The notes beneath the pieces were generated by a model. It did not search any database, was not told where the DNA came from, and was given only the letters and a program-made list of their open reading frames with translations. A stretch of DNA of 64,000 nucleotides from Promethearchaeota archaeon (GTDB lineage: Archaea > Asgardarchaeota > Lokiarchaeia > Sigyniarchaeales > SOKP01). Shown here piece by piece: positions 1-10,500 of the stretch. The position numbers and the translations under genes were made by a program. The DNA lies in NCBI GenBank assembly GCA_019057795.1, contig JAHLWS010000034.1, positions 16,057-80,056 on the forward strand. The letters run 5' to 3'. Position 1 is the stretch's first letter; each line of letters starts with the position of its first letter.

Positions 1-1
1 A

Positions 2-316
2 GGTTCCGCTTTAGGGAAAACCACGAAATGGGTGCTACTTGATAAATGCGACGCCTTAGGGGTAAAATTAATTACAGGTGTCAAAATTCAAGAAATTGGA
101 GATGATTATGTAAATTATTTAGACGCTGCTGATAAAGAACAAGTAATTAACAATGTTGATTACATATACTACGCTACGGGTGTGGAACCAAATGATTCTC
201 TCTCTAAAGAGATTAAATTATTAAATATAAAGGTAGAAAAAATCGGAGATGCTAGAAAACCACAAACGGTAATGGAGGCTGTAGCTAGAGGTTATAAAAT
301 CGGAAATGCGATTTAA
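2..316 (+). CDS. NADH:flavin oxidoreductase / 2,4-dienoyl-CoA reductase (FadH-like), C-terminal part, truncated by window start
   Basis: Frame is open from base 2: GSALGKTTKWVLL...VDYIYYATG...IGDA..P..VMEAVARG, typical of the C-terminal FAD/NADP domain of OYE/FadH enzymes. Confidence 0.75.
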   Translation, partial: GSALGKTTKWVLLDKCDALGVKLITGVKIQEIGDDYVNYLDAADKEQVINNVDYIYYATGVEPNDSLSKEIKLLNIKVEKIGDARKPQTVMEAVARGYKIGNAI

Positions 317-374
317 TATCTTTTAAAAAACTTTTAATTTTCATTTTTAAATATTTATTAAAAAAAATAAGTTA

Positions 375-1364
375 TTGATTAAAGTGCAAAATACTGGTTC
401 CAGCGAAGCGGACGAGAAAATAGAGCATAAAATATCTAATAATTTAAGAGGAATCAATGAACAATCACGAAATTACATTAGAGACATTGTAGTTTTAATC
501 AATAGAGAAATTGGAATTAATAAAATTTTATCTATTATTTTATTTGGAAGCCAACAAGCAGGTAAAGATAATACTATTGTTTCTGACTGTGACCTCCTCT
601 TTATTTTTAAAAATAGAGTGTCAGACCATCATATTAAAGAAATTGAACGGTACTTTATCGCGTTAGAAATAAAACATAATTTTAAAGAACCAACTTCAAA
701 ACTAACTAGGAATGTATTAGGCGTTATTCAGCAATCAACGGGGATGTTCGTAAGCCACTTTCTTACTAAACGAAAATATTGGGAACAAGCAGTCTTTTAT
801 AAAATTTTCCGAGTAAACAAAGTTTTCTCTGCTATGTTTGCCCCTCGAAATATTGTTTTGAGCAATGTAATTCAGAATAGTACTATTTTGTATGGCGATG
901 ATTTAAGAAATATTATTAAACCAAAAATCAAAATTTCTGTTCTAGAGATGTTTAGAAGTACAATAATGAACCTATTTATTTCCTTTTTTGCTTTATTAAT
1001 CGCACCGAGAAAAGAACTTAATTCAATAAAATACCAATTAGAGGCAATTAAATGGTCTTTAAAAGCTTCGAACTATTACTGTTTTGAAGACTCAGAATTG
1101 TTAAATAAAATTGTCGAACGATTTATTTCGTTTGAAAAGCCTAAAGCCCAATCAAAAGCTAAAAAATTCTATTTTTTGTTTCTTAAATTAAGAAACCAAC
1201 CACTTAACGATCTAAGATTTATGCTACAATGTCCCTTTAGGATTTTAAAGATTCACATTAAAGCAATTCTTTTTAGGAAATTAACAAAAAGAAACATTAC
1301 CAAAACCATATTTGAAGTAAAGGAATACAACATATTGCAACGTGATTTTCCAATACGATATTAA
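375..1364 (+). CDS. Pol-beta-superfamily nucleotidyltransferase domain protein
   Basis: ILFGS...SDCDLL (hG[GS]x9-13DxD) motif followed by a helical C-terminal region; TTG start uncertain. Confidence 0.7.
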   Translation: MIKVQNTGSSEADEKIEHKISNNLRGINEQSRNYIRDIVVLINREIGINKILSIILFGSQQAGKDNTIVSDCDLLFIFKNRVSDHHIKEIERYFIALEIKHNFKEPTSKLTRNVLGVIQQSTGMFVSHFLTKRKYWEQAVFYKIFRVNKVFSAMFAPRNIVLSNVIQNSTILYGDDLRNIIKPKIKISVLEMFRSTIMNLFISFFALLIAPRKELNSIKYQLEAIKWSLKASNYYCFEDSELLNKIVERFISFEKPKAQSKAKKFYFLFLKLRNQPLNDLRFMLQCPFRILKIHIKAILFRKLTKRNITKTIFEVKEYNILQRDFPIRY

Positions 1365-1501
1365 TTAAAAATTAGTAAACTTAAAAATTAAATTGGTTAA
1401 TGAATTAGAATTCTATAGATAGTATATTTTTATATTACCAAAGGTATATTAGTATTTAGTATCAAAAATAAAAATTTATTTACAATAACCACCGTATTAA
1501 A

Positions 1502-2062
1502 ATGGAAAACGACGAAATTGATATTAAGGAATTATTTCTCGATATTTTAACTATAGTGAAATTTGAATTAAAATTTTACCAAGTACGTGAAAACCCAATG
1601 TTCACTCGAATAGTCAAAACGAGAGTGTTCCAACAAAAGCTTCAAAAATTAAAAGATTTTATCAATACTTATTTTGAGATTATGTACAAAGGCGAGGAGG
1701 AAAGTCCAATTAACCAAATCGCTTTACGTACTCAACTGGACAATGTAGCCCGCATCACAAATTATTACAATGACTTATCTAGCTTCTATAAGGATCAAAC
1801 ACAAAACCTCATTACAAAAGAAAAACTTCTAAATTTGATTGATTACAGCCATATCGAGAGTTTGTTCTTAGTGTTTACAAATATTTTGGACTGGGAGCAT
1901 TACAAAAGCAGTCTAATTTTCCCACACGATAAGCGAAAAGAAAAACTTTTAAAAGAATTTCTTGGTAAGCTTGCCAGTTCTGATATTAAAGATGTTGAGG
2001 ACTTAATCGACCTAGAACAAACTATTGATACTTTCGTAAAAAGCATAGAAGTGGAATTGTAA
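1502..2062 (+). CDS. hypothetical protein (helical)
   Basis: 186-aa ORF with ATG start, no recognisable motif. Confidence 0.6.
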   Translation: MENDEIDIKELFLDILTIVKFELKFYQVRENPMFTRIVKTRVFQQKLQKLKDFINTYFEIMYKGEEESPINQIALRTQLDNVARITNYYNDLSSFYKDQTQNLITKEKLLNLIDYSHIESLFLVFTNILDWEHYKSSLIFPHDKRKEKLLKEFLGKLASSDIKDVEDLIDLEQTIDTFVKSIEVEL

Positions 2063-2353
2063 ACTTTTCAAAATTTATTGAAAATATAGTAAAATATGCC
2101 ACATCAATATACTCTTTTATCTTCTTTGACATAACATAAAGGTTAAATTATTTTTCTAATCTTGAGCATTGAAATTCAAAAAACCTCAATTATTTTAGAA
2201 TTTCTTTATTCTCGTGCGACAATTAGTTAAAAATGTTTTTATACTCGAATTTTCATATAACAGTAAATAGAACATTGATTGAATCGATGAGATTCAAGAG
2301 CGCAAGCTCAAGCACTACATGAATTCTTATATAGGTATAGGAATATATTAAAA

Positions 2354-2656
2354 ATGGATTGTATAGCTAATATCTTAGATTTTTACAATAACAAATCTAA
2401 GGACGAGGAAATAAACCTATCTCATTTTAGTAAAGTTTGGCTAAGCAATCTCCTTATTAAGATCATGAAGAATTTTAACGAAGGGCGAACAAACGATTTA
2501 GAGCTACAGAATTGTTTAATACTGCTCGTTAATTTATTCTCTAACAACGATAGTCCTGATTTTTATAATAAAAAAGGAAAAAACGTTCGAGAGCTATTGG
2601 ATGACGATAGATGCAATTATATAGATCTATTAAAATCAGAGTTTCTAAATAATTAG
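2354..2656 (+). CDS. hypothetical protein
   Basis: 100-aa ORF with ATG start, not overlapping neighbours. Confidence 0.5.
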   Translation: MDCIANILDFYNNKSKDEEINLSHFSKVWLSNLLIKIMKNFNEGRTNDLELQNCLILLVNLFSNNDSPDFYNKKGKNVRELLDDDRCNYIDLLKSEFLNN

Positions 2657-2678
2657 AGAGAAGTAAGATTCAATTAAT

Positions 2679-4961
2679 TTAAAAAACTTTTAATTCTTCT
2701 TCCTTAAATTTATCATAATCGTTAAAAATAGCATCTATTTCGCTTAATATTTCCTTAATGACCTTTTTTGTCTTTTTGTCTTGACCAAAAGTGTCTATAA
2801 TCACTTTATATAGGTTAACATTATATTCTAAGGTTAGTTCTAAAATCTTTTTTAAATCTTTCTCATTTATTCCATTTTCTTCTAATTTTTTGAAGACACC
2901 ATCAATATCTTCTTTCAATTTATTTGTTGCGATTAAAATATTGGAACATTTCTTGAACAAATCTTGTTCTTTTTCGTAAACAAAAAGATCTTCTTCGGTC
3001 AATTGCGAATTATCGGTAATCTCCTCAAATCTTTCATTTAAAAGGCTTTTAACTCTCTCGTAAATCTTAATTGCTAATAAAATTTTTTCCTTACTTTTAA
3101 TTAAGTCGTTTTTTCTTAACAATCGAGCTTCAACGATTTTTAAATATGCGTCTTCGTAATAAATTTGCAGTTCCCCGAATGTGCTTTTTTCTCCTTCAGC
3201 TATGTTTAAAATAATTTGTCTTAAATCCTCGTTAAGCATATCTATTTCTTTAGCAGATAGATCATCTAAATTAAGAATTTTAAATATTTGATTAGCCATA
3301 GTTTTAATCGATAACGCCTTAATATTCAATTCATGAGCCCTATTCTCAATGTTAGTAATACTCCTAAATTCTCCTACTTTTTCGCAATAATTAAAAATCT
3401 TAATAGCGTCATCAAGTAATTTATTAAATTTCTTTTGATTAGATAATATGTAATATTTTGAATCTTGTATTTTTTGAATAGCTCTATCCATTTGGATTTC
3501 CAATTCGAATATATAATCTAATAAATTTACTTGCTTCCTTTCAGAAAGAATTTTAGACTTGCTTGCCATATCGGTCGCTACTGATTTACCTGCGAAAAAC
3601 CAAAGTAGAGCTGAAGGTATCCAAAAAAAGATAGAAAAAATCATCATATTAAATACACTTCCAAGAATCGATATTAAAGTGAATGATATTAATAACGTAA
3701 TTCCCTTTCCAACTTGTTCCGAGAGGCTAAAAAATGAGGTAGAAGTACCCTTGTGTTCGGGAAGATTTACATCTACCATAACTGCATTCTTGTTAGAAAC
3801 CCATCCTGTACTTAAAATCGAACCTATAAACCCAAAAATGAAGTAATAAATGTAACTCGGATAAATCTTAAAAATCTCAATAATTGTAGAAATTATATAA
3901 AAGGTAATCTCTTCAGTAGGGATTGGATCTGGATAACTTAAATTAGTAGCAAATTCGCTACTAAGTGTTTGAATAGAAAAAAGAGTTAATAAGACAAATG
4001 GAATGGTCAGTATCATACAAGCTGTCGCTAATCGCGTTCTATTTTTTTTATTTATTCGAAATAAAATATCACCAATATAAGACATTATCACGTTTCCCAG
4101 TAAGTACCCTATACCTAGTAAGCCAGCAAATATCGTTGCTGTTTGAAGCCTAATTTCGTTAGGTAATACGTTGAAATAATGACTTGAAAGCATAGAAGTC
4201 ATAAAATAAACTAAGATCGTTCCAGGAATAATCGCGAAAAAGCCTTGTATTATCAAATATCGATTAGTTTTCTTTTTTAAGATACTTGACAAATCTTTTT
4301 TTGAGATTTTATAGCTATACTCCAAGTTCATCTCAACCATGTCCAATAGCTCGTTCTCGCTAGCACCGCGCTGAGGGATTTTGACAAAAAATAAAACAAA
4401 TACAATTATAGTACTAATTCCAGATAACAAAAAAAAAGGAAACCTCCAACCTAGTATTGGTCCTACAAAAGAAGATAAACCCTGACCCACGCCATTGGAA
4501 ACTGAACTTAGTATTGCAAGCGTACCAAACCATCCAGACCTTTCATCAGGGGGAATCGCATCAGAAATAATTGAATAACCAACTGGCAAGACGCAACCCA
4601 ACCCCATTCCACTCGCCATTCTAGAGAGCAATAACATTGAAAAATTTGTGGAAAAAGCAGTTAGTATCATCCCAAAAGTCCAAGAAAAAGCTCCTGCCAT
4701 TATTACTTTTATTCTATCAATACGATCGGTATAATACCCCCAAATTAAAGCAAACGAAGCGCTAGTTAACAAAAAAAAAGCATCTGGAATTGCTATAAGC
4801 GCTTCAGGGATATTAAACTCAATCCTAATTACCCCATAGCTCGGAATTAGCATGTTAGCACATGCTATTGACACAAATAGTAAGAACATGACTAAAATAA
4901 TAGGGGCTAAGTCCTTTATTTTAATCCTTGTAAGTTTTGGTCGTCCTATAGCAATTACCAC
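2679..4961 (-). CDS. MFS transporter (spinster-like) fused to a ~290-aa cytoplasmic helical/coiled-coil tail
   Basis: MFS motif A-like WGYYTDRIDRIK, about 12 hydrophobic segments in aa 1-460, then a K/E/L-rich helical region. Confidence 0.85.
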   Translation of the reverse strand: MVIAIGRPKLTRIKIKDLAPIILVMFLLFVSIACANMLIPSYGVIRIEFNIPEALIAIPDAFFLLTSASFALIWGYYTDRIDRIKVIMAGAFSWTFGMILTAFSTNFSMLLLSRMASGMGLGCVLPVGYSIISDAIPPDERSGWFGTLAILSSVSNGVGQGLSSFVGPILGWRFPFFLLSGISTIIVFVLFFVKIPQRGASENELLDMVEMNLEYSYKISKKDLSSILKKKTNRYLIIQGFFAIIPGTILVYFMTSMLSSHYFNVLPNEIRLQTATIFAGLLGIGYLLGNVIMSYIGDILFRINKKNRTRLATACMILTIPFVLLTLFSIQTLSSEFATNLSYPDPIPTEEITFYIISTIIEIFKIYPSYIYYFIFGFIGSILSTGWVSNKNAVMVDVNLPEHKGTSTSFFSLSEQVGKGITLLISFTLISILGSVFNMMIFSIFFWIPSALLWFFAGKSVATDMASKSKILSERKQVNLLDYIFELEIQMDRAIQKIQDSKYYILSNQKKFNKLLDDAIKIFNYCEKVGEFRSITNIENRAHELNIKALSIKTMANQIFKILNLDDLSAKEIDMLNEDLRQIILNIAEGEKSTFGELQIYYEDAYLKIVEARLLRKNDLIKSKEKILLAIKIYERVKSLLNERFEEITDNSQLTEEDLFVYEKEQDLFKKCSNILIATNKLKEDIDGVFKKLEENGINEKDLKKILELTLEYNVNLYKVIIDTFGQDKKTKKVIKEILSEIDAIFNDYDKFKEEELKVF

Positions 4962-5072
4962 TTAAACGTAATTAAATATCTTAAATATTAAATAGCATTT
5001 GGGAATTAAAAAAGCTTGCAAACAATGTAAATTATCCAAAATGAGTATTTAAAGTTAAGAATTACTAAAAAT

Positions 5073-5759
5073 TTAACTCTGGATTAAATAATACTTTAAT
5101 GCCGCTTCCACATGGACCTCTACTGTATCGAGTAACTTTATGTTAGTATCTTTTTGTTGGAGAATTAACGGTAGCTCAGTACATCCAAGAATAACGCCAT
5201 CTACTTCGTAATTATTTATAATATTTAAGAGTTTACGCTTGCTCTCTTCTGTAAATTTACCGATCACTAACTCATCAAAAATAATTTGATTTATTGTATC
5301 TTGTTCCGGTTCTGAAGGCGTTATAACTTGTATGTCTGATTTAGCAAAAAAATCTTGGTAAAACGAAGATTGCATCGTAAATTTTATACCCAACAATAAC
5401 AGTTTGCTTAAATTCTCCCGTTGAGCTTTCTCAGCTGTAGCTTTTACAATGCTAAGTATTGGAACTTTCGCCAATTGAATTAAATCTTCATAAACTGCAT
5501 GAGGAGAATTTGCTGCCATAATTATGAAATCAGCACCTCCATTTTGTAACGAATTAATACCACTCATTAAGTACTCTATGTATTTTGGTTTATCATTACC
5601 TAATTCATAATCGATGACTTTTTGAAAATTTAGACTATATATGAGAATTTCGGGGTAGTTGTAATCATTATAGCTATTATAGTAGTTTTGTAGGATTAAA
5701 TCGTAATATTTTATTGTTGACTCATATGACATACCACCCAAAATACCAATTTTTTTCAT
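5073..5759 (-). CDS. aspartate/glutamate racemase family protein
   Basis: IGILGGMSYEST start, ANSPH, and ILGCTELP motif. Confidence 0.9.
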   Translation of the reverse strand: MKKIGILGGMSYESTIKYYDLILQNYYNSYNDYNYPEILIYSLNFQKVIDYELGNDKPKYIEYLMSGINSLQNGGADFIIMAANSPHAVYEDLIQLAKVPILSIVKATAEKAQRENLSKLLLLGIKFTMQSSFYQDFFAKSDIQVITPSEPEQDTINQIIFDELVIGKFTEESKRKLLNIINNYEVDGVILGCTELPLILQQKDTNIKLLDTVEVHVEAALKYYLIQS

Positions 5760-5809
5760 TTTACTTAAACTCTTAATCTTTATAAATAATTTATAGATGA
5801 GATTGAATT

Positions 5810-6814
5810 TTACTCAAAATTTATTGATTTTAAAAATTCGATTCTTTTTGATTTTATTTTATCCATATCTTCTCCTATCCACATGAAATGGCCTCCATGT
5901 GTCACCAATAGCTCAAAATCCTTGAGATTGGTTTCGAGATATTCCGCATTTAACCATTTAACATCATTATCTTCTTTACTATAGACTAATAAGGATTTTA
6001 CATTAATATTATCAACTGGAATCTTCTCGATTGATGTTAAGAGCTCAATATCATGATTTAGACCAAGTTTTCTTATACTCATTGGAACGGTTGTATCCAT
6101 AAATTTGATTAACCACCTCCTTCTCTCCTTATCATTTGAAACCAGATCGGTAAATTTCTTAATTCCTTCCTTGTCAAGTAAAGTTTCCAGTCGGATTATA
6201 CTCTTGAATATCATCTTGAAAGCTATTCTAGTAGCTATTATAGTAATCCAGCTTAAGAAATCTTGTATTCTGTCACTCATAAACAATTTCATCCAAAATG
6301 AATCTGCTGCCTCACTTGGCGCCTCGTATATTGTACTAACACCAGCTTCCATCATCAGAGCATGAGTTCTCTCAGGGTATTTGTTAGCAAAGTTAAGGGC
6401 AAGAGGGCCCCCGGCTGAGAATCCCATGGCAACCACCTTACCGATTTTTAACTTGTCTAATAATTCCACATATTGATCAACTTGTTCCTCATAAGACAGA
6501 GGAACAAATGGTGTTCTTAGATATCCCGGCCTTGAAACAGCGAGTATTGAATATCCTTCCTGCACCATATCATCAAGGAGGATCGCTTGGTCAATTCCTC
6601 CTGGACCCCCATGCATAAAAAATAACACTGGTCCCTCTCCAGTTAGTTTGTAATGTATTTTCCCCATTGCTGTCTCCATTACTTTTCCATCATCCATTAC
6701 TCTTATTGCGGATTTCTTCCACCTCATAAAACTAATTATTAGAAGAATAAAGAAAACTACAATTACACTGACTACAAATATTATTGTTTGCATAGTTAAA
6801 TCTTGCATTGACAA
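5810..6814 (-). CDS. membrane-anchored alpha/beta hydrolase
   Basis: N-terminal TM helix, HGGPGG oxyanion loop, GFSAG nucleophile elbow, D and GGH triad positions. Confidence 0.9.
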   Translation of the reverse strand: MSMQDLTMQTIIFVVSVIVVFFILLIISFMRWKKSAIRVMDDGKVMETAMGKIHYKLTGEGPVLFFMHGGPGGIDQAILLDDMVQEGYSILAVSRPGYLRTPFVPLSYEEQVDQYVELLDKLKIGKVVAMGFSAGGPLALNFANKYPERTHALMMEAGVSTIYEAPSEAADSFWMKLFMSDRIQDFLSWITIIATRIAFKMIFKSIIRLETLLDKEGIKKFTDLVSNDKERRRWLIKFMDTTVPMSIRKLGLNHDIELLTSIEKIPVDNINVKSLLVYSKEDNDVKWLNAEYLETNLKDFELLVTHGGHFMWIGEDMDKIKSKRIEFLKSINFE

Positions 6815-6997
6815 TATAATAATTTTCTTTTTTTTCTTTTCTAAAAGAATAAAAAATCTTGGTAAAGTGTGTTTTGAGATTTCTAATTTTTTGAATATTA
6901 TTTAGTTTTGTAGTTAGGTTTAAACCGCGATGACTCGGACTTGTTGTTACAGTACCAAAAATGTTATAAGAGGGGCTGTGGTAATTTTAATTTATAG

Positions 6998-7153
6998 ATA
7001 ATTCGGATTAAAACCATTGATGGACAGAAATTATTTATAAAAATTTATGACGGCGACGAGATTATTGTTGATAGAGATGATCTGGGTGATTTAATCAAAA
7101 CTCTCAAAGGACAATTTAAAAAATGGGAAAAAGATTATGAAAAGAAATATTAA
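6998..7153 (+). pseudogene. gene remnant: C-terminal end of a winged-helix-type domain
   Basis: Open frame without a start codon ends DGDEIIVDRDDLGDLIKTLKGQFKKWE, resembling DGDYLNINKELLPKLIDDL at the end of the TPR protein at 16918-17664. Confidence 0.35.
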
Positions 7154-7176
7154 CCGATTTGTAAATAAAAATTAGA

Positions 7177-7198
7177 TCGTGAAATCCCGATTTCACGA
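7177..7198. repeat. perfect inverted repeat TCGTGAAATC-cc-GATTTCACGA
   Basis: 10-bp arms with a 2-nt spacer, read directly from the sequence. Confidence 0.8.
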
Positions 7199-7262
7199 AT
7201 ATTAACTTATAATTTAAATAATGAATATTTTAAACATTTTTAATAATAAATTGAAAAAATAG

Positions 7263-7365
7263 TGGAGCTGGGGGGATTCTCACATGACGGGTAAATCCCG
7301 CTTATTTATTGAACCCCCGGCCTTTCGCATGCCAAGCGAACGATCTTCCGCTAATCCACAGCCCC
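7263..7365 (-). tRNA. tRNA-Ala(GGC) with a 31-nt intron (7277-7307) at T-loop position 59/60
   Basis: Acceptor stem GGGGCTG/CAGCTCC with G3:U70, anticodon arm TTCGC-TTGGCAT-GCGAA, T stem GGGGG/CCCCC interrupted by a 31-nt insert with a BHB-type central helix TTCA/TGAG; CCA not encoded. Confidence 0.92.
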
Positions 7366-7504
7366 ATTTAAAGATAAAAAATATTAATTCATCATTATCA
7401 GACATATATAAGATCTTTAAAAGTAGATTTAATAATAATGGATTTTTAAAAAAAATTGTGGTTTTTGAACTATTAAACTTAGAAATAAATAACAGATTTA
7501 TTAT

Positions 7505-10500
7505 TTGAAGACTATGAAAAATTTTTGGAGAAAAATTAACTATCTATTAATTACGGTTTTAATAATTAACGCGATTATTAATCCTGTTCTTGGAATTGGA
7601 TCTGTAGGAAATATTAATCATAATAATATTCAAAAATTAGAGTTAGATTTCAGCGGATTAACGTATACTTCTTCAGATCAAGCAAATAATGAAAAATACG
7701 ATTCAATATTACCCTTTAATAAACAAAACGCGTTATTTGACGACTTATTGATAAAAGAATTAAATTTTATAAAATCATCTCAACAAAGTGATGCGACATT
7801 AATTAAGATTATAATCCTATTTAAAGATGGAATCTCAAAATCAGAAAGAATTAAATTAATCGATTCTGTTTTCGATGAGTATGAAATAATTAATAACTAT
7901 AATTTTATTCCAGGCGTTTACATGAAATGCGATCCAAAAGAATTAATTGCCAAAAAGGGTTTATTAGAAGTTAAATCCGCTTTAAAAAAGGTTTACAAGT
8001 CAAGATTTTATAGTTCACCCTCTTTTCAAGAGCAATTTCCAGAAACTAGTGCGTTAAGTAAAGATTCCTATCCAAATTGGTGGATACCTGCTGTGGGAGC
8101 AGATAATTTAGGTTACAACGGTAGTGGCGTAAAAGTTGCTGTGATTGATACTGGAATATACGAACACCCTGATTTAAACTTACTATTAAGCAGAAATTTT
8201 GTTTCTGAAGAAAATTCTTCTGAATACCAAGATTATGTGGGTCATGGAACTCACGTTGCAGGTATCATAGGGGGTGATGGTGGTAGTTCAGGCGGATTAT
8301 ACAGAGGTGTTGCTCCAGGTGTTTCTTTAATTAATGCAAAGGCTGGAGGCCTTTCGGGTTTAGAAGAAGGTGATATTATTAGCGCTATTGAATGGTCCGT
8401 TGACACCGCTAATGCAGATATTATTTCTATGAGTTTTGGCGATAATTATCCAATTGCGAGTGATATTTTGATATTAGCTCTAGCCAATGCTACAGAAAAC
8501 GGCGTAATGTGTGTTTCGTCAGCGGGAAATTCCGGACCAGATTATTTTTCTGGTGGTTCACCTGCTTCTGGCATAGATGTCATTTCGGTGGGGGCTTCAA
8601 ATAGAAATAACCATTTAGCATATTTTAGTAGTTGGGGACCATCATTATCTTATTTAAGTTATCCTGATATTGTTGCTCCGGGGGTAAATATTATCTCTAC
8701 CGAGGCGCCAGAATCGATTATATCCGATAGATATCGCTTTATTGGAGATTACTTCGATTTTTCGGGCGATGCAGATTACTTACCTTTAAGTGGGACAAGT
8801 ATGTCTTGCCCCGTTGTTGCTGGGGCTTTAGCAATTCTGAAACAAGCTTATTCTTCAATATCTCCTGAAACTGCGAGGATTGCCATATTGGAAGGTGCTC
8901 GAGATCTTTCCGATGTAGAAGATGTTGGATTTTTGAAATCTGGTTTTGGTTTAATTAATGTATCCGCTTCGCTTGACTATTTAAATTACTTAAATGCAAC
9001 TTATTCTAATATAAATGATGTATTAAAAATTGCTCCCAATGAATTGCCAGTACAACCGTACGATTTATTGAATTTCCCTGGAGATCGCCAATTATTTAAT
9101 TTAACCGTTATTTCAGGTATAGACAAAGATTACGACATCAATTATCCTAGTATTGTTGATGGAATTTCGTTGTTTATAGACAAATCTCAATTAACTTTTA
9201 GTGACGCTGGTGTGAATTTCATAGCGTTAGACATTGAAATAGAAAGAGATGCGGCGCCAGGGATAAGGACTTTTGAATTAAATATTACATCAGGAGTTAG
9301 GTTATACGATAAAATTAATGTTTCAATAGATGTTAGATTATCCGAGTATAGAGTTTTAATGGATTCTTACCACGGTTTGAATGATTATTTCCCAGAATTT
9401 TCTTTTTATCAGATGGATTTTTACGGTTGGATGAAAGATCTTTCAGATTTAAATATCTCTATCGATTACTTAGCGGAATTGTGGACTCCAAATTACAATT
9501 CCAGTTTAAATAATTCTATATTGACCGAAGAACGATTAGCTCAATACGACTTGGTGGTATTACAAAACCCTATCTTGCCCTATAATCCTCTAGAAATCCA
9601 TAATCTGAAAAGATATTTTGATAATGGAGGTAACATCTTGTTTTTAGGAACAAGATACCAAGATTTGTGTGTTGATAATATAAACGAGCTTTTTTCAGCA
9701 ATTAACTTAGGAATCCAAATTAACGAAGAGAATGTTGCCGATGAAAATTGGGTTGGACTTGGAGCAACAGTGGATACTCAAAGTATAACAGAATTTAACA
9801 ATTCTCAAATATTTCAAGATGTAAACAAGTTTATTTGGGACTATGGAAGTACTTTAACGGCTTCGGGGAATGCAGAAGCGATTGCTTCAGTAGATGGAAA
9901 AATAGTTGCTGTTGCAAACGATGGAAGATTATCCGGAAGAGGACGATTTGTAGCGTTTGGGGATCTACATTGGTCTGCCGAGTTGTACGAATCGCAAACC
10001 TATTATCAAGACCATTATAATTTAACAAAAAATCTAATGCGCTATTTCTTGGAAAAAGACGAAGTTTCTATAAATATTTTTCTCAATTATGAAAGGACGC
10101 CCACTTCTCAAGTAAATATTTCAATTTATGTGAAGGATCAAATTGGAGAAACGCCAGTTAGCTCAGCTACCCTAAATTCGTTTTTAAACGTATCAGTAGA
10201 AAACGATGCTTATTTTGAAACTGTAAATATGGTTTCAACGTCAGATGGTATCGCAATTAGCAATACTTTTTCTTTACTCAACCCAAGTAATAAACCATAT
10301 GTGATAAAAGTGAATCTAACAATTGGATCAAAGACTTACAATAAAACCTCCAAAATTCTTTATTACAACAGCTCAGAAGTTCCAAAGATATCTAGTTTAT
10401 TGGCCACTACTGACATCAAAAGAAATGGTGTTGATACATTAGATATCAAAGCCACGCTTGACGGAAATAATTATAATGCAACGGCTTATCTATCGATATA

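Noticed and set aside
6972-6981. GGGGCTGTGG, identical to the tRNA-Ala 5' end in inverted orientation
   Set aside because: Only 10 bp, wrong end and orientation for an att site, and no integrase nearby
7284-7508. 74-aa ORF from the track
   Set aside because: Antisense to tRNA-Ala; no protein features
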